Notes: a model not told the origin generated them from the letters alone. 62,691 bases of DNA from Rickettsiales bacterium (GCA_003963235.1 RXKF01000009.1:1-62691), one strand, 5' to 3'; numbered from the stretch's first letter, positions 49,585 to 59,473 are shown. Numbers and translations: made by a program.

Positions 49585-50370
49585 CTATGCTCCGGCTGTT
49601 GGACCTGCTACGCCGCTTGATCCATACATATGCTTGTTGAACTTAACTAGTAGGTTAGTAAACGGCATATTTACTCCCGGGACTAATCCTGTAGGATTGC
49701 TACTGCCGGTAATTACAGGATCAATTCCAATAATTTTTACGTCTAAGGTAGCTGTAGTAGCTGAGTAAGTTGAGCCATCGAGATAGTAAACAGAGCCGTA
49801 TATATTACTGCCGCTGCGGGGGTTTTGACCACCTGCGATAGCAGTAGCATCCGTGAAGGTTATTCCTGCCACTGATAAACTGGCATTAAGACCAAGCCCG
49901 GTTGCTAAAAAAGTAATTCCTGTTGCAGCTGCTAGAGAACTTGATACCTGCACTCTGAATACCGCCATTGGATCATCATTGACATATGCAATAATAGGCG
50001 TGCCGGCTTTTACCGCTCTACCACCCGGCCAGTAATCCGCTTCAACAAGTATACCGGTATTTGCATCAGTATAAGCGCAGCTTATGAACACCCCAAGGAA
50101 AGCGTCTGCGTCTGCCGTTGCAACAGCTTGTACCTGTGTTCCGTTTGTTGGAGCTGATAACTTTTGTGGTGCGATTGTTCCTGCCATGACGGCAAGACCA
50201 GGGTTACTTACAAATTTAATGGGATCACCTTGAAAAATACTATTTGGCTGCGTGGTTAAGCCGTCAGCAGATGCGTAAATAAAGTATTGACCTAGTTTTT
50301 GTGTTCCGCCGTTTCCTATTTGAGACTGAACTACTTCCAAACCATAAGGTCTATTAATGCCGTTAGACAT
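49585..50370 (-). CDS. putative capsid decoration/minor capsid protein
   Basis: N...PYGL, IFQGD, GVF..C.YTD, DDP...F.VQ; upstream of the capsid gene. Confidence 0.65.
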   Translation of the reverse strand: MSNGINRPYGLEVVQSQIGNGGTQKLGQYFIYASADGLTTQPNSIFQGDPIKFVSNPGLAVMAGTIAPQKLSAPTNGTQVQAVATADADAFLGVFISCAYTDANTGILVEADYWPGGRAVKAGTPIIAYVNDDPMAVFRVQVSSSLAAATGITFLATGLGLNASLSVAGITFTDATAIAGGQNPRSGSNIYGSVYYLDGSTYSATTATLDVKIIGIDPVITGSSNPTGLVPGVNMPFTNLLVKFNKHMYGSSGVAGPTAGA

Positions 50371-50451
50371 AATTTCCTCATATATTGTTAATTATTAAAA
50401 AACGTAAATATTTTAAATTTAAAAAAGATAAGCTAATTCAAGCTCAGGAGA

Positions 50452-50619
50452 CCTTTTAACGTCTAGTTATGACGATAAACTTTGTTATAGATAAGTTTCA
50501 AAACTAGCCTTTTTGTGTCTTGCGATGACAGAGGTAGCTTTTTTAGAAAAGATTTAGCTACAAACTACGCCTTTTAACGTCTAGCAATGACGGAAACTTT
50601 TTACAGTCTAGTTATGACT
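50452..50619 (-). repeat. four GTC-N7-GAC hairpin units in the capsid-operon leader
   Basis: units at 50460, 50516, 50578, 50605 with covarying outer pair. Confidence 0.8.
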
Positions 50620-50635
50620 TTTTTTACCTAATTAT

Positions 50636-50670
50636 ATTATAGCAAAAAGACTGTTACTTTTGCAAATCGT
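50636..50670 (-). promoter_or_regulatory. capsid operon promoter
   Basis: TTGCAA-18-TATAAT with extended -10 TG. Confidence 0.65.
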
Positions 50671-50709
50671 GCTACTATTTTTAGATTTAGCTTATATATC
50701 TTCAAGCCT

Positions 50710-51801
50710 TTAATTACCAAATACCACCACGGATACGCCATCAAGTACTGGGAGTAAATTACCGAGCGTATCAGTTGTAAAAATAATAAATTCAGTAGCA
50801 GATCTAGACCTAAAGAACACCTGAAACGGCGCTATGACCTCCGTTCCGCGTGCTAATGCCGGTAATACTAAATAATTACCATCAGGAAAAGGAGTAGCAA
50901 ACGTTATAACATATGACCCTTGCGCTCCGCTAACCGAGGCTATATTAAAGCTGCTCTCTATCTGGATATTATTAGTCGGGGCATTATTATCGTAAAAGAA
51001 ACAATAAGCTTTAGCAGTAGCAGGATTTATAATCTTTCCCGGTACTGTCATATTACCGACATTGTCAATTTGAGTACTATTTAAATTGATTACTCCATCA
51101 TCTACAGTAGCTAGGTTAATATCCTGATCTCCAATGGCCGTAGTAATGGTATTTACCGAGATTAAGAGATTACCTACATTAATACTGGATAATCCTACTA
51201 GAGAATCGGCTAAATTAATAATTACATCATTTGTTTCCCCATCGCCGCTTTGTACATTTATATTAGAGCCACCGCCTATTTTTCTGCTAACGTAGGAAAG
51301 CGGAGTATTACCGGTTATTACTAAAAACCCATTCTGTACCTGAGTAGCCAGATTATTTAAATTATTCAACGAATCGGCAATTTTAAAAATGATGTTACCT
51401 GTTGGTGGAGTAATAGTTGAGTTTGTGATCTGCAAGCTGTTATTCTGACTTTCCGTAGAAAAGCTTACTATACCGCTACTACCGCCCCCAAAAGGTATTA
51501 CCTGCCATATTCCCGTGCTGGTTAGATTCTCAGTTAGATATATCAGTATTACTTCCCCGGGAATAATTACGTTAGTTAGCGGCGTTCCATCGTTATATAA
51601 GAGGGTAAAGTCTTTTTGACCGACATTATTAAACAATAAGCTAGTACCGGTTTCTACAGTATTGGCAGGCGGCAAAGTAATTGTATATGCATCATTTTCA
51701 GAAATTACATTATTAATGTCACTAACAATCTCCCCTTCAGTGCGGGGATAAGGCCAGGATAGTTTAATATCGCTATTAAGTATGATTTTAGAATATGACA
51801 T
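50710..51801 (-). CDS. fibre-like structural protein
   Basis: ITLPPA..V.TG...LFNNVG; C-terminal SFNIASV....G.Y.ITF. Confidence 0.55.
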   Translation of the reverse strand: MSYSKIILNSDIKLSWPYPRTEGEIVSDINNVISENDAYTITLPPANTVETGTSLLFNNVGQKDFTLLYNDGTPLTNVIIPGEVILIYLTENLTSTGIWQVIPFGGGSSGIVSFSTESQNNSLQITNSTITPPTGNIIFKIADSLNNLNNLATQVQNGFLVITGNTPLSYVSRKIGGGSNINVQSGDGETNDVIINLADSLVGLSSINVGNLLISVNTITTAIGDQDINLATVDDGVINLNSTQIDNVGNMTVPGKIINPATAKAYCFFYDNNAPTNNIQIESSFNIASVSGAQGSYVITFATPFPDGNYLVLPALARGTEVIAPFQVFFRSRSATEFIIFTTDTLGNLLPVLDGVSVVVFGN

Positions 51802-51810
51802 GATATTCTT

Positions 51811-52266
51811 CTACATTGCTCTATCAGAAAACGGCATGACCGGATTGTAGATATCGGTCTGTACTTTTTGCAGCGTATCCCGCATGACTCTTACGGCTTT
51901 TTGTTCATAATATTGCTGCTCTTTAAGCCCGTAACGTTCATCACGAGCTAAAAGGATTGTATCACCAGTAGTAATGCAGTCGTTTTCCTCTCTTAAATTT
52001 CCTCTATAAGTACGTTTGTTTTTAAGCCTATCAGGAGATACGATATACCACTTCTTTGCCAGTAACCTATTAATGCGCTCAGGGCTATTAAAGGCAAAGT
52101 AATATTCCTCGCCCGGTTGTTTTATCTCATCAATTAAAGCTTTAAAAGGACAGGTTGAATCAGTGAACATTAAATCAAAATCACTTCCTTCAAGTTCATG
52201 CTCCCTGATATCTCTATCAATAGATAGAAATTCATTATTTTTGTCTTGTTTATATTTAATTGCCAT
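51811..52266 (-). CDS. hypothetical head-module protein
   Basis: between scaffold and capsid region; GDTILLAR. Confidence 0.55.
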   Translation of the reverse strand: MAIKYKQDKNNEFLSIDRDIREHELEGSDFDLMFTDSTCPFKALIDEIKQPGEEYYFAFNSPERINRLLAKKWYIVSPDRLKNKRTYRGNLREENDCITTGDTILLARDERYGLKEQQYYEQKAVRVMRDTLQKVQTDIYNPVMPFSDRAM

Positions 52267-53236
52267 TTTTTGACCTCATTTCTTTGTTACGTTGATCTAG
52301 AAGCTCCCGGTACCTCTCGTAAGACATACCAAAAGCAAGAGCTGCCTTTTTCTCTCTATCGCTTAATTCCCTTGTTTTTGGATCGGGTATTGATTCTCGT
52401 GGAGCGCGACTGCGCACTGCTCCAAAATGTTTGGCGGGAATCATGGCTGAGGAAGTATCCTGCATTTTTAAATTATCGATATACTCATCAATCATGCCGT
52501 AATAACTACCAGAGCCTATTAGATGTTCCTTTCCTCCGCTTTGGTATTTACGATCCAGTTTGGTAATAAAGGATAATACTGAGGTCGCTAGCTTCTCATC
52601 ATACTCAGGGGCGTTCCTATCTACTTCAGGATTACTTTCAAGCCAGCTATATAACCTATCTTCATATTCCCTAGCTCGAACCTGATTTAGATGCTCTTGT
52701 GAGTATTCTTCTTTAGGAAAACTGGCTATTCTAGATGCCTCATTCAAGGCATGCGTTGCCTTTGAAATATCCGCAGTAGCTCTGCTAACTCCAGCAGCAT
52801 CCCCGTTTTCCAGTGCTAATTGAAGCCGTGCCTGAGCCATTTCAAGTTCGCTGGCAACATTGTTCTTATAATGGGTAGAACCGGTATTAATAGCTTGGCT
52901 GAGCATCTGCTCTATTTGCAGCTTTTCTTGCTGTAACCGCTCTAATTGTTCGGCAAGCTTTACCTTTTCTTCACGTTCTTTTTTTAATTTAGACCAGTAT
53001 TTTTCCTTGTCTTTGTCAGGAGCAGAGGTTTTAGTAGGTTTTTCTTCTTTTTCGGAAACATCTGCAGAAATATCGTTTTTATCATTGCTGCTATCTAAAG
53101 CTTGTGTATCTTCTTCTTTAGTAGCAACATGCTCTTCTTTATCTTCGTCCTTCTCGTCCTTATTTTCGGCTACTTCTTTTAAAGGTGGAATAGCAGCGTT
53201 TAAGTCGCTTGTATTTTCAATATCTATTTTAAACAT
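52256..53236 (-). CDS. putative capsid scaffolding protein
   Basis: acidic N-terminus, coiled coil, W...NP, C-terminal LS..EK..A..FGMS.E.Y. Confidence 0.7.
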   Translation of the reverse strand: MFKIDIENTSDLNAAIPPLKEVAENKDEKDEDKEEHVATKEEDTQALDSSNDKNDISADVSEKEEKPTKTSAPDKDKEKYWSKLKKEREEKVKLAEQLERLQQEKLQIEQMLSQAINTGSTHYKNNVASELEMAQARLQLALENGDAAGVSRATADISKATHALNEASRIASFPKEEYSQEHLNQVRAREYEDRLYSWLESNPEVDRNAPEYDEKLATSVLSFITKLDRKYQSGGKEHLIGSGSYYGMIDEYIDNLKMQDTSSAMIPAKHFGAVRSRAPRESIPDPKTRELSDREKKAALAFGMSYERYRELLDQRNKEMRSKNGN

Positions 53237-53240
53237 ATTC

Positions 53241-53669
53241 TTACCTTGATACTTTTGATGGATTATCGACTAGCAGTTTGATTTTAAAATCCTCTACCAT
53301 AATTATCGGCTCACCCTCATATTTTGACTGCAATGATGAACCACGCGGGAATATGACCCAGTCTCCGGCTTTTACATAAGGACCGCTTGGAAACTGATCA
53401 CCCTTATAACTATCAGGACCCAGCTTTAATACCATCCCGACCATTGAGTTATATTCCAGATCATCTTGGACGGCGCTCGGTGGTTTTATAATTCCTCCTC
53501 TTGTAACCTCTTCGACAGGAGGTTTGTAAATAAGAATTAATACATTGATTCCGGTAACTGACACCTCTTTAAATCTCTCTATCATTGCTTCCTTATTAAA
53601 AGCTTCCAGATCAATGCCTTTGGTTTTAAAATCTTCCGGTTTGTAATTGGCTATTTGATGGTTAATCAT
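53241..53669 (-). CDS. phage co-chaperonin GroES-like protein
   Basis: TRGGII, VLKLGPDSY, VKAGDWVIF. Confidence 0.8.
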   Translation of the reverse strand: MINHQIANYKPEDFKTKGIDLEAFNKEAMIERFKEVSVTGINVLILIYKPPVEEVTRGGIIKPPSAVQDDLEYNSMVGMVLKLGPDSYKGDQFPSGPYVKAGDWVIFPRGSSLQSKYEGEPIIMVEDFKIKLLVDNPSKVSR

Positions 53670-53886
53670 TGTTATTTACCTCTATTATGTGCCTGTTAAA
53701 GAGTTCAAGGGAACTCTCAAGTCCCTCAATTAATCCCACGTGATATTTGTAATCCTCTAGCGTAGAAATTGATGCCGGATTACTTAAAATACGCCTGTAT
53801 CTATCAATCTCAGCTTCAATACTTCCTATAAAACCCGAAGTAAAAGAACCTCGGCTATAAATGTTATTTCTGTTCATTCCAATCAT
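53662..53886 (-). CDS. hypothetical head-module protein
   Basis: EDYKY.VG.IEGL. Confidence 0.6.
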   Translation of the reverse strand: MIGMNRNNIYSRGSFTSGFIGSIEAEIDRYRRILSNPASISTLEDYKYHVGLIEGLESSLELFNRHIIEVNNND

Positions 53887-54056
53887 TTACTGCTCCTTCC
53901 CATATTTCTAGGTTTTACTACCTTACCGCTTTTTGTAGCTACATCTTTTCTAATTTTAGCAGCGCCACCGGCAGCGTACTTATTACAACTCGTTTCTTTT
54001 TCTCTAGCTCTTTCTTGCATTTCCCTTAATGCCAGTTCTCTTGTATGTTTATTCAT
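53883..54056 (-). CDS. 57-aa basic peptide with YAAGG motif, not in ORF track
   Basis: MNKHTRELALREMQERAREKETSCNKYAAGGAAKIRKDVATKSGKVVKPRNMGRSSK; GGAGG RBS; overlaps both neighbours. Confidence 0.6.
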   Translation of the reverse strand: MNKHTRELALREMQERAREKETSCNKYAAGGAAKIRKDVATKSGKVVKPRNMGRSSK

Positions 54057-56394
54057 AAATTACCTCCTCCTGTTTTGGTGTTGACGAAATTTCCGATCTT
54101 AAAGCTTCTACTTGTGCCTTTAACTCAGCTTCTTTTGCTTTGTACTCAAGCCGTAGTAATTCAAGCTCGTTTTTACTGTTTATTTCCTGTTCTTTAGTCA
54201 GGGTATCGATGACTTTTTCTTTCTCGGTTAATTCGAGTTTTAAAAGTTCAATTTGATATTTCTGCTCAGCAAGTTGTTGTTGTTCATTAACTTTTAATTC
54301 AGCTAAATACTTCTCTTGTTCCAGTTTTTCCTTATCAAGCTCGATACTCATTTGCGTCTTATAGCCGTCAGCTTCAATATTTAAGTGAGCTAGCCGTTCT
54401 TTTGACTCTACTTCAAGTTTTCGCTGCTCAATGTCAGCAATCTGAACCTGTAGGGCTGGGTCTATTGGTTGCTCCTGCTGCTGCTCCGGCGCTGCTTCAG
54501 GTAACAATATCTTATCAATGTCCTTAATCCCTAGGGCTTGATATACTTTTAAATATACTTCTCGCATGTTATGTAGCTCAGGGCTACTGCTAGCTAACTT
54601 TAAAATACTCTCTGCCTTGATTATTCTCTGCGTAGAAGATTCAACCGATGGATCAGATACAGGGATTACTTTTAAACTCTCTTTGTCTAGAGGTAGTGAT
54701 GGCAGGTTGAACATTTTATAAAAGAGCTGCAATTCCTGGCTAAAGCTACTATGAACTGTTCTCATTATTGCCGATTGCATCCGATTGGATACTTCAAGCA
54801 AGGCAATCGTAGTACCGACAGGTGTATTCTGATTATTTTCAGTGAGTCCCATCTCTGTTGCGGACGCTAGCTCCTGTGTCTGGGCAGTTATCCGGTTAAT
54901 ATATTCAAGTAAAGCTGGCGATGGTCCATTATAAGGAAGTGGCATAATTGAATCACGAAGAGACAAATTACCGGTCTCAACAGTTACGAATTGACCCGGT
55001 AATATATTCAAATCATTATTAGTAGTTTTTATTCCCTTAGCTTTCATTCCTCCCGGGAAATTCTGGAAAATAGCTGCGTCAATCGCCATTTGCTGCATGG
55101 AAGTTAAACTCTTTGAATTAGAGCCAAGTATTTGAGCAAGCCCCAGTCCAAAAACATCAAACCCGGGGAATAAATTATAATGAATAAAGCAGTTAATCCT
55201 TGTTTTGGTTGGATCATTTTCATCCCAGTTTGGCGTAAGTGATACGATCTGATTACTGCTGCCGCATCTGGTAATAACGTAAGGTAGTGGGATACTATAG
55301 TCCTCAGATGTATTGTTATTGTCAAAAAAATCATTCAAAACCAGATATTCGTGCGTCTCATAAAAAGGAAAACGGGAATTTGTGGGGTCTACCTGTTTTG
55401 CTTTAGAGTCGTCCGTTGCTTCTTCCCCGTCGCTGCTACCTACACTATCTAGGTAATCAAGATCAACTTTTGAAAATATCCCGCTCTGCATATTGAAGAG
55501 GATTTCTCTTTTAGAGAGGTATCTAATATGAGTCAGGCGATTTGATTCGGTAATACTTGAGCAGTTATTATCAAATAAAAAATCCTCAGGCATGATAAAC
55601 CTACTCAAGGGCTTACCTGTAATAGAGTCATAGTAGATTTTACGAAATACACACCCATATAAAATTAAGTACAATAAGAACCGATCGTAGTCTGGATAAA
55701 AACCCTTATCTTCTACTGTTAAGTACTCATTTAAAGCATCCCTAACCATCTCGCCTTTTAATTCGTAATCTTCATTAGGAGTTAGACGATTTGATTCATT
55801 CTCATTAAGAGGGCGGTCAAAATATGAAGGTATTTTAAATCCTACAGGACCGGTTGAGGGGAGTAACTCGGAGCGAAGAGTTGCCCAGAGCCTGAGCACG
55901 CTGCTGGAGAATGTCGTATCGTAAGTCTTAACCTGGGCAGCATTTCCGATGGAAGAATTGGATTTACGGGTACTTGCGTTATTCGGGTCTTGTATTTCCT
56001 CAATTTTAAAGCCAAGTAAGGTTTTAGCTTTTTCAATTATATCAAGCCAAGGCGCACGGTTTTTTGTATCTTTTTCTGTTACCTCTTCCAAGTAAGCAGC
56101 GATTTTATCTCTGACGCTTTCCGGTATATCATCCGCAAAATTACTATTAAAGGTAGCATCCGGAGGTGATAATTCTTCGCCCTTCTTATCTATACGTGAT
56201 AAGATTTGATCTTCTAGGGAAATAAGTGCTTCTTCTTCCGGTAAAACCGGTTCATCTAAACTACCTGTTTCCTGTAGCAGGATTTGTTCTTCCATCGGCA
56301 TTTCTTGAGCAAAGTTTAGAGAATCAGGCTCAAAACTCTTGGACACCGATAAATCAAGATTAGTCTTTCCTTTTTGCTTCCTTCTTGTTGCCAT
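54049..56394 (-). CDS. portal protein
   Basis: follows TerL; ELLP..GPV, G..FRKIY.D, PG...FGLGL, PVGTTIALLE, PVSDP, C-terminal coiled coil. Confidence 0.85.
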   Translation of the reverse strand: MATRRKQKGKTNLDLSVSKSFEPDSLNFAQEMPMEEQILLQETGSLDEPVLPEEEALISLEDQILSRIDKKGEELSPPDATFNSNFADDIPESVRDKIAAYLEEVTEKDTKNRAPWLDIIEKAKTLLGFKIEEIQDPNNASTRKSNSSIGNAAQVKTYDTTFSSSVLRLWATLRSELLPSTGPVGFKIPSYFDRPLNENESNRLTPNEDYELKGEMVRDALNEYLTVEDKGFYPDYDRFLLYLILYGCVFRKIYYDSITGKPLSRFIMPEDFLFDNNCSSITESNRLTHIRYLSKREILFNMQSGIFSKVDLDYLDSVGSSDGEEATDDSKAKQVDPTNSRFPFYETHEYLVLNDFFDNNNTSEDYSIPLPYVITRCGSSNQIVSLTPNWDENDPTKTRINCFIHYNLFPGFDVFGLGLAQILGSNSKSLTSMQQMAIDAAIFQNFPGGMKAKGIKTTNNDLNILPGQFVTVETGNLSLRDSIMPLPYNGPSPALLEYINRITAQTQELASATEMGLTENNQNTPVGTTIALLEVSNRMQSAIMRTVHSSFSQELQLFYKMFNLPSLPLDKESLKVIPVSDPSVESSTQRIIKAESILKLASSSPELHNMREVYLKVYQALGIKDIDKILLPEAAPEQQQEQPIDPALQVQIADIEQRKLEVESKERLAHLNIEADGYKTQMSIELDKEKLEQEKYLAELKVNEQQQLAEQKYQIELLKLELTEKEKVIDTLTKEQEINSKNELELLRLEYKAKEAELKAQVEALRSEISSTPKQEEVIYE

Positions 56395-58025
56395 TAGTAT
56401 AATTTCTTGCGTTTAGTAACGATCTCATCTTCCTTAACATCACTTGTATGAATTAAAGTATCAAAGTCTCTAAGGTACAAAATTGTCTGTGTCATCGAGT
56501 CAACCAGGTCTTTTGATTCCCCATTTGGAAAAGTTATCACTGTTTCTAAAAACTCCTCGGCCATAGGAGTTAGTCTTTCAGGGTTTTTCTCCTCGGTGGG
56601 TAAGTATACAAGCCCGCACTCAATAAGAGGTGCTGCTCTCTGTACTCTTGCATTCTTATCGCCTTTTGGGGTGTAGCCTATAGCAGGAACTCCTCCAAGC
56701 CTTAGATCACGTATTAAAGGATCGCCCGTTGCTTTTGCCTCAATAAGGCAAATATCAACAGTTCTTTGAGCCGGCATTGGGTTCTTATGCTTGCCTATAT
56801 CCTTATAATCTTTGGCTAAGCGCTGAGCCCTGCTTCGGAGCTCCGGATAGCCTACACGACCCCGCCAACTAGAGAGTAGCATCATCCTAAATAGCTCATC
56901 CTCGGATTTTTCGCCCCAAACTCCCCACGTAGTACAGGCAGAATATGCAGCTGTTGGTTCATCAGAGATTGCCGTATCCCAGCTTTGCAATATGTAATCA
57001 AATTTAGGCTTAATAGGGCTAGTCCAGAGCTTAAACCATTTTTTCTTGATTATTCCGCCGCCAATTGGAGATGGTCTTTGCTGGCACTGCCCAGCATAAC
57101 CATAAGAGCCGAGTAACTTTTTTAACTCATTTACCTGCTTTTCGCCAAAACGTAAGTCGCTCAGTACCTCTCCTTCTTTGTTTCTGGGGTCTTCCCAAAT
57201 AACCTGATCTATACCAAGAGGAACTGTAATACACTTGCGCTTTTCTTCAAATTCTAGCGGCAGCACTAACTCCACCCAATCACCCTCGCTGTCATTCTTT
57301 CTGATATAACCGGTTAAATCATTCTCGTGCGTTCTTTGCTGGACAACTATTCGGCAGTCATTAGCTGGGTTATTTGAACGGGTAGACATTCTTTGTGTCC
57401 ACCAGTTAATTACGTTCTCACGTTTTATTTCAGATAAATCCCCTGGGTCATTAGGGTCATCAATGATAATAATTGAACCGCCTTTACCGACAGTTTTAGA
57501 TACCACGCTTGTTGATTGCCTATATCCTGTTTTTGTATTCTGGAAAAAGCTCTTAACGTTCTGATCTCTAAGAAGAGGGAATCTATATCCCCAATTATCC
57601 TGATACCAGTTACTTTCGAGTAATGATCTATTCTTCTGTGCATGCTCAAGGCTTAAGGAATTAACGCAGGAAACAGTTAAAAACCGCTCACTAGGGTTAT
57701 GTATCCATACCCACGCAGGAAAAGCTACCGATATTAAATTGGTTTTACCGGTACGAGGAGGAACATTAATAATCAGCTTCTTTATTTGCCGCGCGTAAAC
57801 CGCTTCTAAATGTTCTGCTATAGCTTTAATATGCCAGCTATCAACATAAGGCATGTTACCCTCAATATAAGGCCAGCTCGATTTAAAGAATTCATATAAA
57901 GAGCCCTCGCTACTTGCTACTTGCTCCTGTACTTTAAATAATTCATCCAAATAACTCTGCTCGAATGTAGACATTAAAGCAGGATCAAGCAGAGATGAAT
58001 TTATATGATCGGACTTACGCTTCAT
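56394..58025 (-). CDS. terL: terminase large subunit
   Basis: INVPPRTGKT, IIIDDP, QQRP, SWDTA, IEAKATG, DK.AR, DLVDS. Confidence 0.92.
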   Translation of the reverse strand: MKRKSDHINSSLLDPALMSTFEQSYLDELFKVQEQVASSEGSLYEFFKSSWPYIEGNMPYVDSWHIKAIAEHLEAVYARQIKKLIINVPPRTGKTNLISVAFPAWVWIHNPSERFLTVSCVNSLSLEHAQKNRSLLESNWYQDNWGYRFPLLRDQNVKSFFQNTKTGYRQSTSVVSKTVGKGGSIIIIDDPNDPGDLSEIKRENVINWWTQRMSTRSNNPANDCRIVVQQRTHENDLTGYIRKNDSEGDWVELVLPLEFEEKRKCITVPLGIDQVIWEDPRNKEGEVLSDLRFGEKQVNELKKLLGSYGYAGQCQQRPSPIGGGIIKKKWFKLWTSPIKPKFDYILQSWDTAISDEPTAAYSACTTWGVWGEKSEDELFRMMLLSSWRGRVGYPELRSRAQRLAKDYKDIGKHKNPMPAQRTVDICLIEAKATGDPLIRDLRLGGVPAIGYTPKGDKNARVQRAAPLIECGLVYLPTEEKNPERLTPMAEEFLETVITFPNGESKDLVDSMTQTILYLRDFDTLIHTSDVKEDEIVTKRKKLY

Positions 58026-58180
58026 ATGCGTTAACTATTTCCTTTACTTAAAATAATTATAACACACTCCTTTTTAATCTTGATTTTCTCGTACTTTTTT
58101 AGTTTAGAGGTAAGGGATTGTATGTTATAATCCATGTGTATTTTTAGAAAATTAAGAGTAATGAATATAAGAGGAAAGAT

Positions 58181-59461
58181 ATGGTAATAAAAAAAGCATC
58201 AGTTGTTTTATTAGCAGGATTACTTGCAAGTAGCACGGCATTAGCCGGCGATCCGTTGCCTGTGGTATCAGATTTAAATATAAAACTTGGAGCATATGCT
58301 GCCTTTGAAAGTGGATTTAGCAATCAGGGTAAACTAAAAGGCTCAGAGAAGAATATATCAGCTAATAAAAGAGGTTTTGCTTTTTATAACGATACTGCTT
58401 TATTTGCTGCCATATCAAATACTACTGATGACATTACTTATGGTGCCAAGATTATACTAGTGCCTACAACTAAAAGAAAAGTTAACAAGGATTATAATGG
58501 TTCATACGTATTTTTAGAACATGAGTTTGGTCGAATTGAAGCCGGTTCACCTATTCCTGCTGCTAAGAATATGATGATAAGTGATGGATCCATACCGACA
58601 AAATACATCAAAACCGGGATAGATTACCTAAAACAAAGCACAAAAGCTGTACCCTCCTTTTTGACTTCGGAAGGGTCTTTCCTTGGTGACCAAATAATTG
58701 CAAGTATGGATTCTGCCACTTACAGTAGTGAACCGCCAAGAACAATAAATTATTATACTCCTAAGTTTGATTTAACCGATTCCAGTAAAATTAGGCTTGG
58801 TATATCCTATACTCCTGATTCTGCTAATACCGGCGTAGAAAAACCATCAGATAAATCAGACGGAATAAAAAAATATGCCGTAGGAGAGCCTACTATAGAT
58901 AGGTTTGAAATCGATAGATCAGTTAAAGATGCTGTAACTGGTGGGATGGTATTTGAGCAGAAACTAACGGAAGAAGCAGAATTAAAACTGGCTCTAACTG
59001 GTGAATACGGCAAATCTGCAGGTAAAATCAAGAAATTTGCTAATAAAGACGATCAGAATCCACTTGCATATAAATTAAGTGACTTAAAATCTTATAATAT
59101 TGGCGGCGAATTAAAGGTTGGTAATTTTAAATATAATGCCTGCTACAGCTCTTTCGGTAAAAGTTTAACTACAAAAGAATTACATAAAGGTAATCGTAAG
59201 TCTCAATACTATAATGCCGGTATTGCATATACTTACAATAAGGCTACGACAACCTCATTATCGTATTTTGCCTCAGAGCAGTTTAAAAATAAAGTAAACT
59301 CGGTAAAACTAGCCGTAAGTCACATACTTGCACCGGGACTAAAGCCTTATGCTGAAATACATGCCTATACTCTTAAAGGCAAACCTGAGTTCTATCCTAA
59401 TTTAAAGGCAAGAAAGGTAAAAGGTACTGTAGCTCTAGTTGGTGTTAAGCTATCTCTTTAA
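58181..59461 (+). CDS. rickettsial-type outer-membrane porin
   Basis: signal peptide (STALA), FGRIEAG, INYYTP, GISYTPD, PGLKPYAE, terminal beta strand. Confidence 0.75.
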   Translation: MVIKKASVVLLAGLLASSTALAGDPLPVVSDLNIKLGAYAAFESGFSNQGKLKGSEKNISANKRGFAFYNDTALFAAISNTTDDITYGAKIILVPTTKRKVNKDYNGSYVFLEHEFGRIEAGSPIPAAKNMMISDGSIPTKYIKTGIDYLKQSTKAVPSFLTSEGSFLGDQIIASMDSATYSSEPPRTINYYTPKFDLTDSSKIRLGISYTPDSANTGVEKPSDKSDGIKKYAVGEPTIDRFEIDRSVKDAVTGGMVFEQKLTEEAELKLALTGEYGKSAGKIKKFANKDDQNPLAYKLSDLKSYNIGGELKVGNFKYNACYSSFGKSLTTKELHKGNRKSQYYNAGIAYTYNKATTTSLSYFASEQFKNKVNSVKLAVSHILAPGLKPYAEIHAYTLKGKPEFYPNLKARKVKGTVALVGVKLSL

Positions 59462-59473
59462 ATTATTACTGAT

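Larger units (their letters stand above)
11245..58025. mobile_element. podo-like prophage or phage-plasmid (ends not defined; may extend over most of the window)
   Basis: packaging, head, short-tail, ejection, recombination, replication and partition modules; no integrase seen. Confidence 0.85.

Noticed and set aside
50452-50619. CRISPR mini-array
   Set aside because: Units are short and degenerate, spacing is irregular (56, 62, 27 bp), and no cas genes are present
55770-55840. Rickettsia palindromic element in the portal gene
   Set aside because: Insertion-like peptide but no convincing palindrome or RPE consensus
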